From: Balamuthia mandrillaris
Taxonomy: Eukaryota
Reading direction: 5' to 3'
NCBI GenBank assembly: GCA_031835245.2
Contig: JAVKOQ020000038.1
Coordinates: 248,001 to 279,464 of the forward strand
Length of the DNA: 31,464 nt
In this document: piece after piece, positions 1 to 12,563 of the stretch
Numbering within the stretch: position 1 is the stretch's first letter
Layout of the letters: every line of letters starts with the position of its first letter
Notes under the pieces: model-generated
Told to the model about the DNA's origin: nothing
Databases searched by the model: none
What the model saw: only the letters and a program-made list of their open reading frames with translations
Program-made: the position numbers and the translations under genes

Positions 1-3000
1 GAACAAGTCGCAAATGGTGGCGGAGGTGGAGAGCCTCCTGCAACTTTGTTTTCCTCTTCCTCTTCGGTTTCTCTTTCACCGCGTAGTTCATTGACTGCCA
101 GTCGTAGACCTCCTCCAGATCTCCAACTTCGGTTCGTTGAAACCTTGGATACACTTTCTCAGTCTAAGTATTCTGATACGCGGGACAAGGCGCTTCGGTC
201 TCTAGATGTCATTCTTCAATCTTCCGGACAGGTTCTCTCCTCACTCTCTCTCACTCTCTCTCTCTCTCTCTCTCTCTGCTAGCTTCTCGTTTTTTGAAAG
301 CCAACGCTCTAATCTGATACAACAGGCGCTATCCACGGCTTGGCCAAGAGTATTGTCCATAGTAAGGACAGTCGCTATCAACAATGACCAAGCCCACATA
401 CAAAGGGCTTTCCAGAGCGTAGCCTTTATATGTAGCGACTTTCTTGCCAATTTACCTGTTGGTATGATATTTCATTTTAAGGACAGGCTTCTTTTTTGGT
501 TGTCTTTGGTTTTGCTTTTTTGTTACGTTGTTTTATCATGTATGAATTTCATTTAGATTGATCGAAATACACTGCTTTGATAGATTGCTTGGCACAGTGT
601 ATCACGAGCATTGGATGCTTTGGCTTGCAGACAGCTTTCATGAACACAAGCCTAAAGGCCGTTGGATTGCTATGGGATGTGGCTGACTTTTTAGCCAACC
701 AACAAAAACGCTTGTTGACGCACAACGAATCAGCGTATGCTATTTATCTTCACTAGCTTTCTAAATGTTGTCGAATAGTACTGATTATGTGTTCTTTTGA
801 AGTTCTTTATCTTCTACAAGTTCGAAAGAAGAAAGCGAGAGTTCCAACTCAACTGTAACAACTTCTCTCTATGACAGTGCGACATTAGATCGCCTTTGGA
901 TTGCCACATTTAGGGAGCTGAAGCACTTATGCGTGGACTCTCGTCCTGAAGTCAGAAATGGTGCTGTGCGTAGTCTGTTCAAGACGCTTGCAACGCATGG
1001 GACCATCTTAGAACCTGCTACATGGGCAACCTGTATCTCTGAGGTTTCTTTTCTTTTTTTTTCTTTTCTTTTCTTTTCTTTTCTTTTCTTTTCTTTTCTT
1101 TTCTTTTCTTTGCTTTTCTTTGCTTTTCTTTGCTTTTCTTTTCTTTTCTTTTCTTTTCTTTGCTTTTCTTTGCTTTGCTTTTCTTTGCTTTGCTTTGCTT
1201 TGCTTTGCTTTGCTTTGCTTTTCTTTTCTTTTCTTTTCTTTTCTTTTCTTTTCTCTTCTTATTGCAATCACTTTTGTTATTAATGCTTACTTGCAATCTT
1301 TCTTTTCTGTCCTTTGTTTCTTCATCCTTTTTCGCTTTTTTCCCCCAAAGATTGTATTTCCGCTGATGACGGAGGTCAAACAACAGCTATCTCAGGCAAG
1401 TGATGACCGAGTAGATAACTCCGAAATGGAGAAGGGAAAGTCTCTTGTAATGTGGGTTTTTTTTCAATCTTTTATTTGATCTCTCTTCTTGCTTACTTGT
1501 TTTCTTTGGAACGGACAGCTTGGTTCATCATTCTCGAAATACAGTATTAAAGCAGTGGAATGAGACAGTGGCGTTGGCTCTCGATGGATTAGTGCAAGTC
1601 TTTCGTACTTTCTTTCCAAAGATCAGTCAGTTGACCGATTTTACAAATTATTGGCAACGCCTCATGCAAGATTTGGGACACTTTGCATCAAACAAGAGCG
1701 ACGAAGTTGCTCAGGTTTGTACCGACATCACACTGTTGCAAAATGACGTTGCTATAACCTAACTTACGTTTGAAAAACAGTGTGCAGTAGTGGCTTTGAA
1801 GGATATAATGCATAAGCATGTATCGGACGTGCGGTTCCAGGGAGTTCTATGGGAGTGCTATTGGACCACAATGACAAGAGTGGGCGAATGTCTCGTCGCT
1901 GAGCGTCAAATGAAGGTTGGCAATAACAAGGAGCAGACCATTCTTCTCCATTTTGTTGATACCATCACCAGTGTTCATCGCAAGTTTCACGATTTCTGCT
2001 CTTCCACTGATATCAAAAGGTTTCTTTGTCTTTTCTCTGTATTGCCTTTCTCTTTGCTGCTACTTGCCTGTAATAGTAGCTAACTTACAACAAATGCCCT
2101 CTCAGAATACTTACTATCATTGGGCCAATGCCGCACTATCCGCCGGACATGCATGAAGAGCTCTCTCAACTGCAAAAACGGACGCTTGCATTGATTGAAG
2201 GATTGGTACGCAATGACCTTTATTAGGCACTTTGCTTTGCATCACAATTAACATATATTTTTTAAAACAAACTAGCCTCCTGTTCAGGAAGACATATACC
2301 CAGTTATTATTGAGCAACTTTTGGATTATATTTCTTTCTCCATCAACTACACTCCTTCCAAAATCTCTTCTTCTGGTCATTCTCCTTCAGCTCCTTCCTC
2401 TCCTATTGCCACTGGTCGTAGTAACAACGACATCGCTTCTTCCTCTTCTGGTTCACAGCGTAAATCTCGCGTATTTTCTCATTCTTCTCCATCTCTCTCG
2501 CCAACGTCACCTTCTGCCACTCAGCTTCACTTGAAGCCATCTCTCTTCCATCCGTTGGCTATTAGTTGTATTCGTGTTTTGCTTCAATATTATACTCAGC
2601 TGGCTCCTTCTTCTGTTCGTGCTCAACTCTTTGAATATGCCATCAAGGTTTGTTCTACCTTTTTACTTTCTATCCTTCTTCTTCCTAACTTAACCTTTAT
2701 TTTACTGATTAAATGTACCAAAAAAAGGTTATTGGACACGTGATGATGACCAAATATTGTATTTATGCTTCTCCGTTGTGGAAGCAGGGAATTAACGCCT
2801 TCATAGCTATCGTGAAGAAAGGATTACCCGATATTCACTCTCATTCTGGTTAGTAGTATGAAATCTTTCAACTTGTCGTTGCTATAGTTTTTTTTTTTGA
2901 CTGTTTGCATTTTTAGATGCGAATCGTATTTGGACCCAATTGTATGCGTGTATGCAAGAATTTCTCTTTCATGACAGGCAAGCTTTTTTCTTTCATTTCT

Positions 3001-3854
3001 GTTACCTTTTATTGCTATATCTTTTTTCTGTTCCTTCCGTCCTTCCTCGATTCGACATTTCTAATGAGTACTTTTCAATAGATCTCTATTACCATTGTTA
3101 TCACCAGAACAACTGAAAGACGATGAAGAGTTGGACGCATCTCTCATCCGTCTGTTAACAAACACAATTTTGGCATTGTCACCAACATCCTCAGCTTCAA
3201 CCGCAACCTCAACAGACGAAGTTGTTGTGGCCAGTCAAAAGATTCAAGAACGTTTCATCGAAATCCTATTTGAGGGCTCGAACTTTACTCCTGCAAAGCA
3301 GCAAAGAGAGCTTTTCGGAAATACCTGCTACAAAGAACTCTTTGCTATATGCTCGCAAAACTATTCCCAAGGTTTCTTATTCTTCCTCTATCTCACTCTC
3401 GCACTCCCTCATTCTCTCATTTGTTATTTATTTACCTTCTTTTGTTAACTTTTTAAAAAATAAAGTTATCAATACAGAATCAGGCCACTTAATATCAGAG
3501 CTGGCACTTCCATTGTTGATGAAACGGGTAAAAGAAGTGCTGAATAATTTCATGGAAGAGGACCGGAAGAGCGGCTTCACCCCGTTGGCTCGGCACCAAC
3601 TGTTGGAAGTAGACCTCATCCTTTCCGAGTTACTGTCTTTGGAACTTCCCCCACCACTACAACAGCAATACCAACAAAGCGAGAAAGAAGAAACCCAAAG
3701 CGACAACGTAGCCTCTCATAGAAGCGGTAAAAGACGACATTTGGTGGCGCTCTATCCCATTTTCTGCCAGTGCATCACCAGTAAGGAGGCCAAGTTGAAG
3801 GACCTGCTGAAAGAGTTGCTGCTCAAAACGGGAGAAGAGCTGCGCATTTGTTGA
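1..3854 (+). CDS. MON2: MON2-like Golgi/endosome trafficking scaffold, 3' part of a multi-exon gene (5' end outside window)
   Basis: Exons separated by GT-AG introns give typical MON2 C-terminal segments: AFQSVAFICSDFL, DSRPEVRNGAVRSLFKTL, VHHSRNTVLKQWNETVALALDG, HLVALYPIFCQCITSKE. Stop TGA at 3852-3854. Confidence 0.85.
1045..1255. repeat. Intronic (TTTTC/TTTGC)n pentanucleotide microsatellite
   Basis: Visible tandem repeat inside a MON2 intron; it accounts for the F/L-rich and K/R-rich spurious ORFs here. Confidence 0.95.
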
Positions 3855-4046
3855 AATATCGCCGATGCTGCACTTTGCAATTACAATTCGATGATTAACA
3901 ACCTTCATTACTATTAAAAATTCATTATTGCTTGCCTACCAACAAAAAAAGGAATTTCACCGCGGCTTGACCACCCGTTATGTCTCTGTCCGAGTACCAA
4001 GGCAAAAAACGAACCGTTCGTAACGCAAGGAGAACACCCACACAAG

Positions 4047-4782
4047 ATGAAAGGGGCGTTGTTATTTGGGTTGTTAAGCCTCTTACTTTGCTTGGTTGCT
4101 GTTGGTGGCCAAACCTGCCAGGAATGGGACGGAGAGCCAGCCTTTTGTAAACCGCTGCTGGAATACGAAGGTTTTTGGCCTACTGGTTTTTTTACAACCC
4201 GCAAAGCAACTTTTTGTTGACACTTTCCTTCTAGAGGGCGAGCTTATCTACCTACCCGATGGCCATACGCTGGCGAATTCTGTTCAAATGGCCAACTTAG
4301 TGCTGACAGGTGTTGGCTTGTTGGACGTGCAACCAGATGAAAAGTGCAGCCAAGTTTTGTATAGCGTTATGTGCGCCCAGTTGTTTCGACCTTGCGTACA
4401 ACATAATGGAGGTTTGGAACGTGATTCATATTAGTTCCATGCTTTTCTTAATTCTTTTCTTCTGTTGTTCAGAGTCGGTACCATTACCAAGGAACATATG
4501 CTACGACTTTTGTAGGGACTATGGTATATATGCATGATGTTTTGTTACACCAAAGTTAACTTTTATCACCGAACAGTAACGCTGTGTGCCAATTTCACAG
4601 CTCAAACTACCTTTCCGCTTGGTGCTTTTTTCGTCCTCCCTCCGGGGGTCTCCACTCCCATCAACTGTAGTGAACTAGATGTGACGGCGCAAAACACCCA
4701 CTTGTTCCCAGAAAATTCAACATTCCTAATGATGCCTGACGGAGAAGTCAAGGTTTCTCTCTGTTTCATACACTCTCCTCTC

Positions 4783-4817
<35 letters not shown>

Positions 4818-6476
4818 ATTCCTTCTTTTATTCTTTTACTTCTTACTTACTGTCATTATCCGTCGTCTTTCTTTGGAAGGAGGTTGAATGTTATGAAGGA
4901 ATTTACTTAGTTGGTGGAGCCAAGGACTGCAACCCACCATTGGAAAGGGAAGGCCCCAATGCGCCATGCATGTTCAAATGTCCTCTGCCTGCCTACACCG
5001 ATGAGCAATGGGACTCGATCAAAATTATGCAACTGACCATTGGTTTCTTCTCTCTGGTATGCTTTCTTTCCTTTCTTTTGTTCTGGACTTGAAACATATT
5101 TGCTGTCTAACCAACCATGATCATTGTTAGATCGGCACTTTCTTGCTTATATTGACATATTCATTGAGCCCAAAGCATCGGCGCTATCCCGCCAATCTGG
5201 TGCTCATGATCGCAATTTCTTCACACATTGCTGCTATTGCAATCATTCTTCCAGTATTTGACAATCACGAAACGATATGGTGCGGTCCTGATACCCAACT
5301 CATCAGCCCGGAAGCGGTAGTGGAAGCCAACTTCACTGGAAGTTTGATTGATGACACAATAGCAGGAACAGGTTTCATCTTTTCAATGAATGAGTTAGTC
5401 TTCAAGGCACACACTTGTAATTTGCAAGGCACTATACTTCAGTTTGCGTTTCTAGCAACAACGACGTGGTGGTGCATTTTAACCTTCAATATGCTTCTTT
5501 GTGTACGTTGTATTTTTCGTGTCTGTTGATCAACAATTTCATCTCTTTTATTCTAACCACGGTTCTTCGAGAACAGCTGTTTGCAACGAAGATATACCAA
5601 ACAAAAAGAAATCTTTTACAGATAGTGTACCATTCAATAGGATGGGGACTCCCGTTTATTTTTGCAATCATACCTGTTGCTGCAAGTAAGATAGCGTTAC
5701 AACCAGGCGGTACCTTGTATGCTCGTCCTCTCCTGTCCCTCATTTGAAGTCTAAAACCCAGCTTGTGTTGCTAATAATATTTATCCAGCTGCTTTGTGTC
5801 GCCCGAAGATGACAACATTTGGATGATATTTTTGTGGTATCTACCCATTGGGGTACTGATGCTGATAGCAGTGGTAGCCTACCTGGCGAGTGTCATTAAG
5901 ATTATAATCATGTTTACCAAGTTTCGTGGTGGAGAACGCACAACATTGATAGTGACCTACGTTCGGTTGTTACTGTTTATCTTTACCTTTCTGATTGTCT
6001 ATACTTTCATCGTATGTATTCCAACTTGCTTTCTCTTGGTGTGTTCTCTGCTTTAACTTTCATTACGAAAGTTTGCTTATGGAGTGCGAGTAGGAACCGA
6101 TCAATCTGACATAGAAGATGAATGGGGAAAGTACCTTTCTTGCTTCGTGTACTTGTACGGTAGGACAACATGTGAGTTGGACGAGACAGCGAGCAATTAC
6201 CCGTTGACCATGTTGAGGGGCTTCGGCTATAGCTCTCTTGGCTTTCTCTTGTTTCTTAACTTTAGTGTATCAAAGGAGCTGTTCCTGTTTTGGTGGAACC
6301 TTTTCCGTACTGCTCAGGAGGAAGGGGTCAAGGGACTTCTGGTATATCTCCAAATCGGTGCAGAGAGCAAACGTGCCGCAAAGAGACAGAAAACCTCGCA
6401 TGCCATGTCAGGTGGTACGTCTCGCCGCACAATGACTACCTTGAGTACAGACTCGCAGTCTGTTGCTGCTGAGTGA
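4047..6476 (+). CDS. Frizzled/smoothened-like 7TM receptor with signal peptide and cysteine-rich ectodomain (multi-exon)
   Basis: ATG at 4047 begins a signal peptide (MKGALLFGLLSLLLCLVAVGG). Cys-rich exons follow (MCAQLFRPC, PLPRNICYDFC, PCMFKCPLP), then TM segments with family motifs RRYPANLV, CNLQGTILQF..TTWWCILTFN, YHSIGWGLP and LWYLPIG. Resembles the Dictyostelium Fsl receptors. Confidence 0.8.
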
Positions 6477-6535
6477 TCCCAAAGCAGAAAGAAAGAAACA
6501 ATATGTAAACAATATCATCAACAATATAAACCTTT

Positions 6536-6681
6536 TCATTGAAGTAAGCCATAGCCCACATCTAACGAATATGCCATCCATATAAGAGGAACAATTGATA
6601 CTAACACCACAGCATTCAACACTCGCAACCGTAGGTATGTGTCCCTGTTAGCCAAGAATCAGTTTTCAGTTTTTCCCAGAG

Positions 6682-6714
<33 letters not shown>

Positions 6715-8535
6715 AAGGAGAATATACTTTCGAAAGAATGGCAGCACGTCAAACTTCAGCATGGCCCACAATACAAACAAAAAGAAAAAGGCGGACCAAC
6801 CGTAGATAACTGGGGCTGGCGGCCAAACGTAAAATAGAGTTCGACCAAATTTGAAGCAGATAGCTACTTCACACGCACATAGGGCAAGAGCCAGCCAGAG
6901 GTTTGCTCCTAGTCGTTGACATTTATCCTCCGTCAAATAAGCATAAGCCTCTCGTAAGGCAGGGATAGCCAATAACCACCATATCAGCAGACGAATGATG
7001 TTCAAGTGATGCTCTGGTGGTACCCATAAAATGTATTTCAAGAAGAAGCCACTTAGTTCGATTGTCTCTGTCACTAAATGCATCAAATATATCAGTTCAC
7101 TGATCATAGAACTCGAACATTGAGGGGATCAGGAACCCAAGTGTACCGATGATGAGAAACAAGACCGAGAAGAAACGTCCAAAGCTGGAAAAAATGTCCC
7201 ACTCATAGTGAGTCCACTCGATGGGAGAAAATTGCTTGCCTATTTGCACGACAACTGCCTTCGCCTTCACTATAAAGTTGCTTTCTGGGAGGCGTGACCC
7301 CGTCCAGTCAAACCGCCTCATCTCCAAATAATAACATGTCAATAGGCCAAGCGCCATTCCCCCAAAATTACAAATGGCTACATCCAAGATCCAATGGTCC
7401 CACCAACACTCTGAAACAGAGAGCGAAAACCCACAGAGTCAATTGATAAAGTACACAAACTAGAATATAGAAGGAGCTAAGGAGGGATAGGAAAGAACAA
7501 GAGAAGGAGGATAGTTGGCAGAAGAGCAAACATATCCTCGAAACATTACCGTGAAAGTTAGCAAGTATGTGCTGGAAGCTGTACTCGAGCAATTCCCACA
7601 AAATGCAGAGCACCCAACATAACCGCCAGTCGCGAAACATGATGGCCTTGCCCCACCAGCCAATCGTATGAGCCAATACAAAGACGTCATGCCAGGTGGC
7701 CCTTACCACCGAGAATGGGTTGTCTTTTTGCTCCGGTGTGTACACTCGGCAGTCCCCAGCGTAGAGTTTGTCATTTACGGCAGGTTTGACGCCCAACTCT
7801 GGGGAGAAGATACGCATGGCCTGTTGCACGTCTTTTTCGCTCTGCGTGAGTAGAGACGGTTAGAAGATCTTGCGCAAGCATTACAGAACAAAAAGTGATG
7901 GGGAGAACAGGCAGAAGGCTACTAACCTGCATAAGCAGAAAGACCAGAACAAGGAGATAAAGGATAGCGGTGCCATGAACGAGCCGCCAGAACACGGGGT
8001 GAGGATGAACTAGTAACCCGTCCCTCAGTTGTATCCAACAATAGAGCAAAAAGACAACAGCAACGCAACCCAAACCTGCCCGCAAATGAGAGTAAGGGTC
8101 ATCTTCCTCTGCGGTGGGATGTGGCCGGAAAAAAGCGCAGTAGATGATGAAAGCAACGGCCACAGCGAGGCCGGAAATTGTGTGGGGTTTGTAAAGGAAG
8201 CTTAAAGGAGTGTCTGTTTCTTCCACGAAAGGCTTTGTTTCTGTTTCTCGGAGCTTCAACGTCTTCTTGGGTGAATCTACTGAAAGCGACGCCCCTGCTC
8301 TTCTCTTTGCTCCCAGCCATAATAGTTCTTCGAAGCTTGCAGATCTTCGCCGTACTAGTGCGTGCTTCCGTGTACCCTCACCTTCTGCACCAGAGTTGGT
8401 GGCTTGTTGTGGTTCGGCTTCTTCTACCGAGCCGCAAGCTTTGCTTTGCCAGCTTTCTTTGTGTGCATGCTGCTGCCATCGAGCAGAAGCCATGAATGGT
8501 GCTCTTGGCATACTAGCGGATACGGTGGAGGTCAT
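6536..8535 (-). CDS. PTDSS: Phosphatidylserine synthase, base-exchange (PTDSS1/2) family, multi-exon
   Basis: Motifs FLYKPHTISGL, HPHPVFWRLVHG, YAGDCRVYTP, DVFVLAHTIGWWGKA, WELLEYSFQHILANF, DVAICNFGG and FFLKYILWVPPEH. First in-frame ATG is 8535 (true start uncertain). The last exon, after an intron at about 6646-6727, ends ..LDVGYGLLQ* at 6536. Confidence 0.92.
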
Positions 8536-9136
8536 GTTGCAGCCAACTACCGGAGTCGAAGTGTTCGGTTGCTCTTCTTTGCTATTCTTCCTTTCTTTCT
8601 TAGAATTGCGGGGGCTGTATTGACCTGACGTGGTCGGCACGTTCTAAAATGAAGGAATACATTTTTAAATAAAAAAGCATATATTTATATATATATATAT
8701 AATATGTACATTTTTAAATAAAACAACCCAAACAAGACAACGAGAGCAGAAGAGGAGAATGATCAAGGAACGAATGGGAGAGGGTTAATCCAGCGAGGTT
8801 GGAACCCCCTCGGAGGGGCATGTTTAATCGTCGGCCGCAATACTCCCTCCCGTTTGAACGAAGCAGCAGACCAAGGAAAATGGAACGTAGAGGTGGCGCC
8901 CCTTCCCTGTTACTTTATTTATTTTCCGATATTTATTTTTTCCTCTTCGATGGAGGTTGTTCTCAGAGGAGCTGGACTCTTCCTCGCCATCGCCCTCTTC
9001 CTCAGAGGAGTTGTTGGATTCCTCCTCACCTTCCTCCAAGCTGGACTCCTCCTTCACTCCCACCTCTTCCCCCTCCCCCTTCGCCTCCTCTCCGTCGTTC
9101 TCCCCTCTCTCCTCCTCTTCGTCCTCGTCCCCTCTT

Positions 9137-10170
9137 CTATTTTTGTTGGGCGTCTTTGCAACATTGCTAAGTAACTGTACAGTGCCAGTAAGTATAAAAG
9201 AAGTGGATAGTGGGGAATTTTACCTTTGAAAGGATCTGGTAGGGGACTGAACAACCGTTTTGCCGTGAGACTTGAAGCTTCTTAAGGAATGACTGAAGAA
9301 ACGGATGCTTTGCTACATCTTTGTCTCTCTGGTAGAGCATTTGCTCGCAGTCAAGGTGCTCCCAGGTTGTTGTTCCATGCAGAAGGAACAGCGAGTATGC
9401 CAGACCTTCCATGTCGTCGTGTGCGCAGTAGGTCACATCCAACTGGAGCGCAGGATAGTGGTGGACATGAAGGAGCTCTTGCCAATGCGCATACCACGGC
9501 GAATTTTGTTGGAGGGGTCCGCTTCTCCCCAGTCCACAAGCAAAACGCTCTCATCCTCGCAAATGACGATGTTTGGTGGACGCACGTCTCGATGCACAAA
9601 TCCTCGCAAGTGGGCCTGTAACAAACCGAAAGTGATTTAAGCTTTGGAGGATAGCAACAAGGGAAGCACCAATCCGGTAAACCCAAGATGGTTCAAGTTC
9701 ACGTGTTTGAGACAAAAACCACTCAATGGGCTTGCCTACTGGCTCTGTGACTATAACTGAATGAGAGAGAGTTTTACCATGTTGAACCAGCTTGGGTATG
9801 CCAGCAAGATTATGGAGCTTGTGTAGGGCTGAAACTTCTCTGGAGTATCCCTTGTGTTGACGCGCCATCACTTCGACAGCCACAATGTTGCCTAGCACAA
9901 GAAGGAAGAGAGGGAGGGGGGATTGAGCAGAGGCAAGGGCAAAGCGGAGGAAAAAACAAATAGAGTTGGAAGAGGAAAGGGAAAACAAGGAGGACGATAT
10001 AAATACGTCCGTCACGAGCTTTGGCTGAAGAAGACTTGACTCGAGCCACCAGAACCCAAATGATCCTCGAACTTGAACGTGTGTGGACGTCGCAGGTAGC
10101 ATTCGGTGAGAGCTGGAGACTCACAGCCATGGTATCCAATTGGTGCACGTAGAAACTGGGAGCTAATTCA
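9137..10170 (-). pseudogene. Disrupted protein kinase gene
   Basis: Kinase motifs HLGSGGSSQVF, VAVEV (E in place of the VAIK lysine), HRDVRPPNIV, LLVDWGEA and HDDMEGLAYSL are spread over different frames, with frameshifts near 10030, about 9630 and about 9440. Confidence 0.7.
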
Positions 10171-10433
10171 ACACAACCGTTCAGTTGCAGTAGAATTGCC
10201 TCTTGCGCATCTGTCTTCTACAGCCATCACCACCCCACTCCACCTCAGTACTGAGGAGTCCTTTAGTTTTTCGTTCTTCTTTCCTCCTGCAGGTATGGTT
10301 TTTTCCACTGCTCTTGCAGGTATGAGGGTCCAGCATGGGGGGTCACGGCATTTTAGGCCGGTAACTTTTTCTTTGTTGGTTTTTTTTTTTCATTTTATTT
10401 TTTGAAGATCAAAGAGAAATAAAAAAAAGAGCC

Positions 10434-11572
10434 ATGCCAAAGCGTGCAACAAGGCAGAGCCGAGCTCCACCGTTTATATGTAAACACGTAGTGTGCACAA
10501 CAGAGGCTGGAGCACGGTTCGAAGGGAGAGATAGCAAGACACTAAACGCCCATGAAAAAACAACACGTGCACATCGGCTCTGCCCACGCACGGGAACACC
10601 ATGCCGAGCTTGCCAGTTGACAGGAAATATAGATGCAAGCAAGCAATGGATTTGAAAAATGTGGGTTAGCCTACAAGTCAGAGACAACAAAAAAGCAACA
10701 CGAAAAGGAAGAACATATGAAGTGCTCCGATAGTTGCCAGCTCTGCAAAGAACGTCAATACCAAGAGGCAGCCAAGCAGCAGAAAGCGGCAATGAAGAAA
10801 AATCGTGAAGAAGAGGAGAGAGAACAAAAAAGAAAAAGAGAAGAAGAGAAAGATGAAGCAATCGAACTTGCAAATACAAAGATGAAAGAAGTAGATCCAG
10901 CTGTTGGTCACATAAAACTAGAAGTAGCAAAGGCTGCGGTGGAAAGTGCTCTAAAAACAAATATAGTAGATGGAGTGATAATGTTAGCACAACACTTTCC
11001 AATGATCACAATGCACATACAAACAAACCTTTGTAACGAGCCTTGGATGCCACCAATTGACAAGCTGGTTGCGTTGAAGGATGTCATTGGTATCCCAGAT
11101 AGTTGTTGGCCAATGGTAATGCTTACCTTCAAGTTGGCAAAAGGAGCAAGCTTGTACTATGTCAAGAAAAGGATAAAGGAGTTGAATGCAACGATGAATG
11201 TGGAGAAGACTGAGGGTGGACGAGGGCACCTTTTCCCCTTCAAAGAGTTCATGGAGAGAGTGATTAAAGAAAACATCAACAAACCACCAACGTCAGGCTA
11301 GTGAAAGTCAAGCTTTCATTAGATAATTCAACAGCAGCAGCTCGTGGTCATAGATAGATGAAGCTTGGAACCCTAGAGACACTCCATGATGAGTGGTCAC
11401 CGAAAGCGCTCAAGTCTTCTCACAACTGTCGACCTTGGTTGATGTACCTTGGAAAAGAGGTCTTGAAGCAGAATTGGGAAGTCAGTTGAACGTTATCAAC
11501 GAAATAGCAATGAAAGGAAGCACACTTACGATTGAAGCAGAGGAAGTTGACATTGAGCTTTTTCTTACCGTG
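10434..11572 (+). pseudogene. Decayed zinc-finger plus putative RAG1/Transib-like DDE transposase fragment
   Basis: A C2H2-type finger is rebuilt across a frameshift at about 10653 (WI[CE]KCGLAYKSETTKKQHEKEEH). Then KLVALKDVIGIPD..YYVKKRIKELN and, in shifted frames, VKVKLSLD ... HNCRPWLMYLGKE ... VDIELFLT. The frame then runs into a simple repeat. Confidence 0.45.
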
Positions 11573-11616
11573 CCAAGGGTGAGGGTGTCTGTGTTGGCCT
11601 CCATGTTGGCCTCCAT

Positions 11617-11770
11617 GTTGGCGTTGGCGTTGGCGTTGGCGTTGGCGCGTTGGCGTTGGCGTTGGCGTTGGCGTTGGCGTTGGCGTTGGCGTTGGCGTTG
11701 GCGTTGGCGTTGGCGTTGGCGTTGGCGTTGGCGTTGGCGTTGGCGTTGGCGTCGGCGTCGGCGTCGGCGT
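11617..11770. repeat. (GGCGTT)n hexanucleotide array grading into (GGCGTC)n
   Basis: Visible tandem repeat of about 25 units. Confidence 0.95.
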
Positions 11771-12563
11771 CCCTCCATCCTTTTTCATCTTTGACGTCAT
11801 GTGCTTTCTGAAAAAGTACAAAGAAATGAACAAAAAGACAAAGACAAGAAAGAAAAGATCTAAATCATTACCCTCATTGCTTGACGTTGGAACTATGTTT
11901 CAGAAAGAAAGAAATAGTATGAGAGGAGAGCGAGGGGAGAGGGGGAGGAGCCGAGAGGAGCAACCTACTGTTCCAATGGTGTGGCCATTGCAATACCCCT
12001 TGAGGGTTGAAGACTCTGTAGTGCACAGAGAGCGTTGTTTTCTTTGTTTTGGCGTCATGCAAAAGAGAACAAGGAGGAACTATGTTTGCGTAGCTCCCTA
12101 AAGGAAACGTCTTGCTTTGTGGCATACAGGCCCAAAAGGTTGACTGGACTAGACTCTCTGTTGTCTCCCAGTGTACAGAGGATCTGCCAAACACAAGCAT
12201 AATATACTCAGTAGGGATAGGTGCAGAAGAATAGAGAGGAAGATTTTGACGTCGTCGGAGGATGTTTTTCACACAAAACAGGAGAAAGAACGGTGACAAT
12301 AAATTCCAAAGCATTAACGTCTGTAACAAAAAACCCATCTTCCTGCTTTGTTGTCTCCTCCTTATCAAAACTTGGTGTTGTGCCCCGTTCTTTGCTTTTG
12401 AGCTGCCACGTCAGCTTTCCCGCGGTATGACTAGACATGAGAGTAGATAAAAGAGTTGTGTAAGAGAGAATGACCTTACTACCTACGAGGTTGAGCCGAG
12501 ATAGCCAATAAACTGCTCAAAAAAAAGGGGGAAGAAACGAGGAGGCTAAAGAGGACGAACGCG

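Noticed and set aside
933..1479. Hydrophobic or basic ORFs from repeats (also 11393-11833, 15434-15716 and 26575-27288)
   Set aside because: They are translations of microsatellites.
10344..11572. CACGG...CCGTG as a TIR pair
   Set aside because: Only about 5 bp match, there is no TSD, and the right copy lies within the coding frame.
11800..12560. Possible extra coding exons upstream of the nuclease-kinase gene
   Set aside because: The frames are broken by stops and show no recognisable motif, so no model could be supported.
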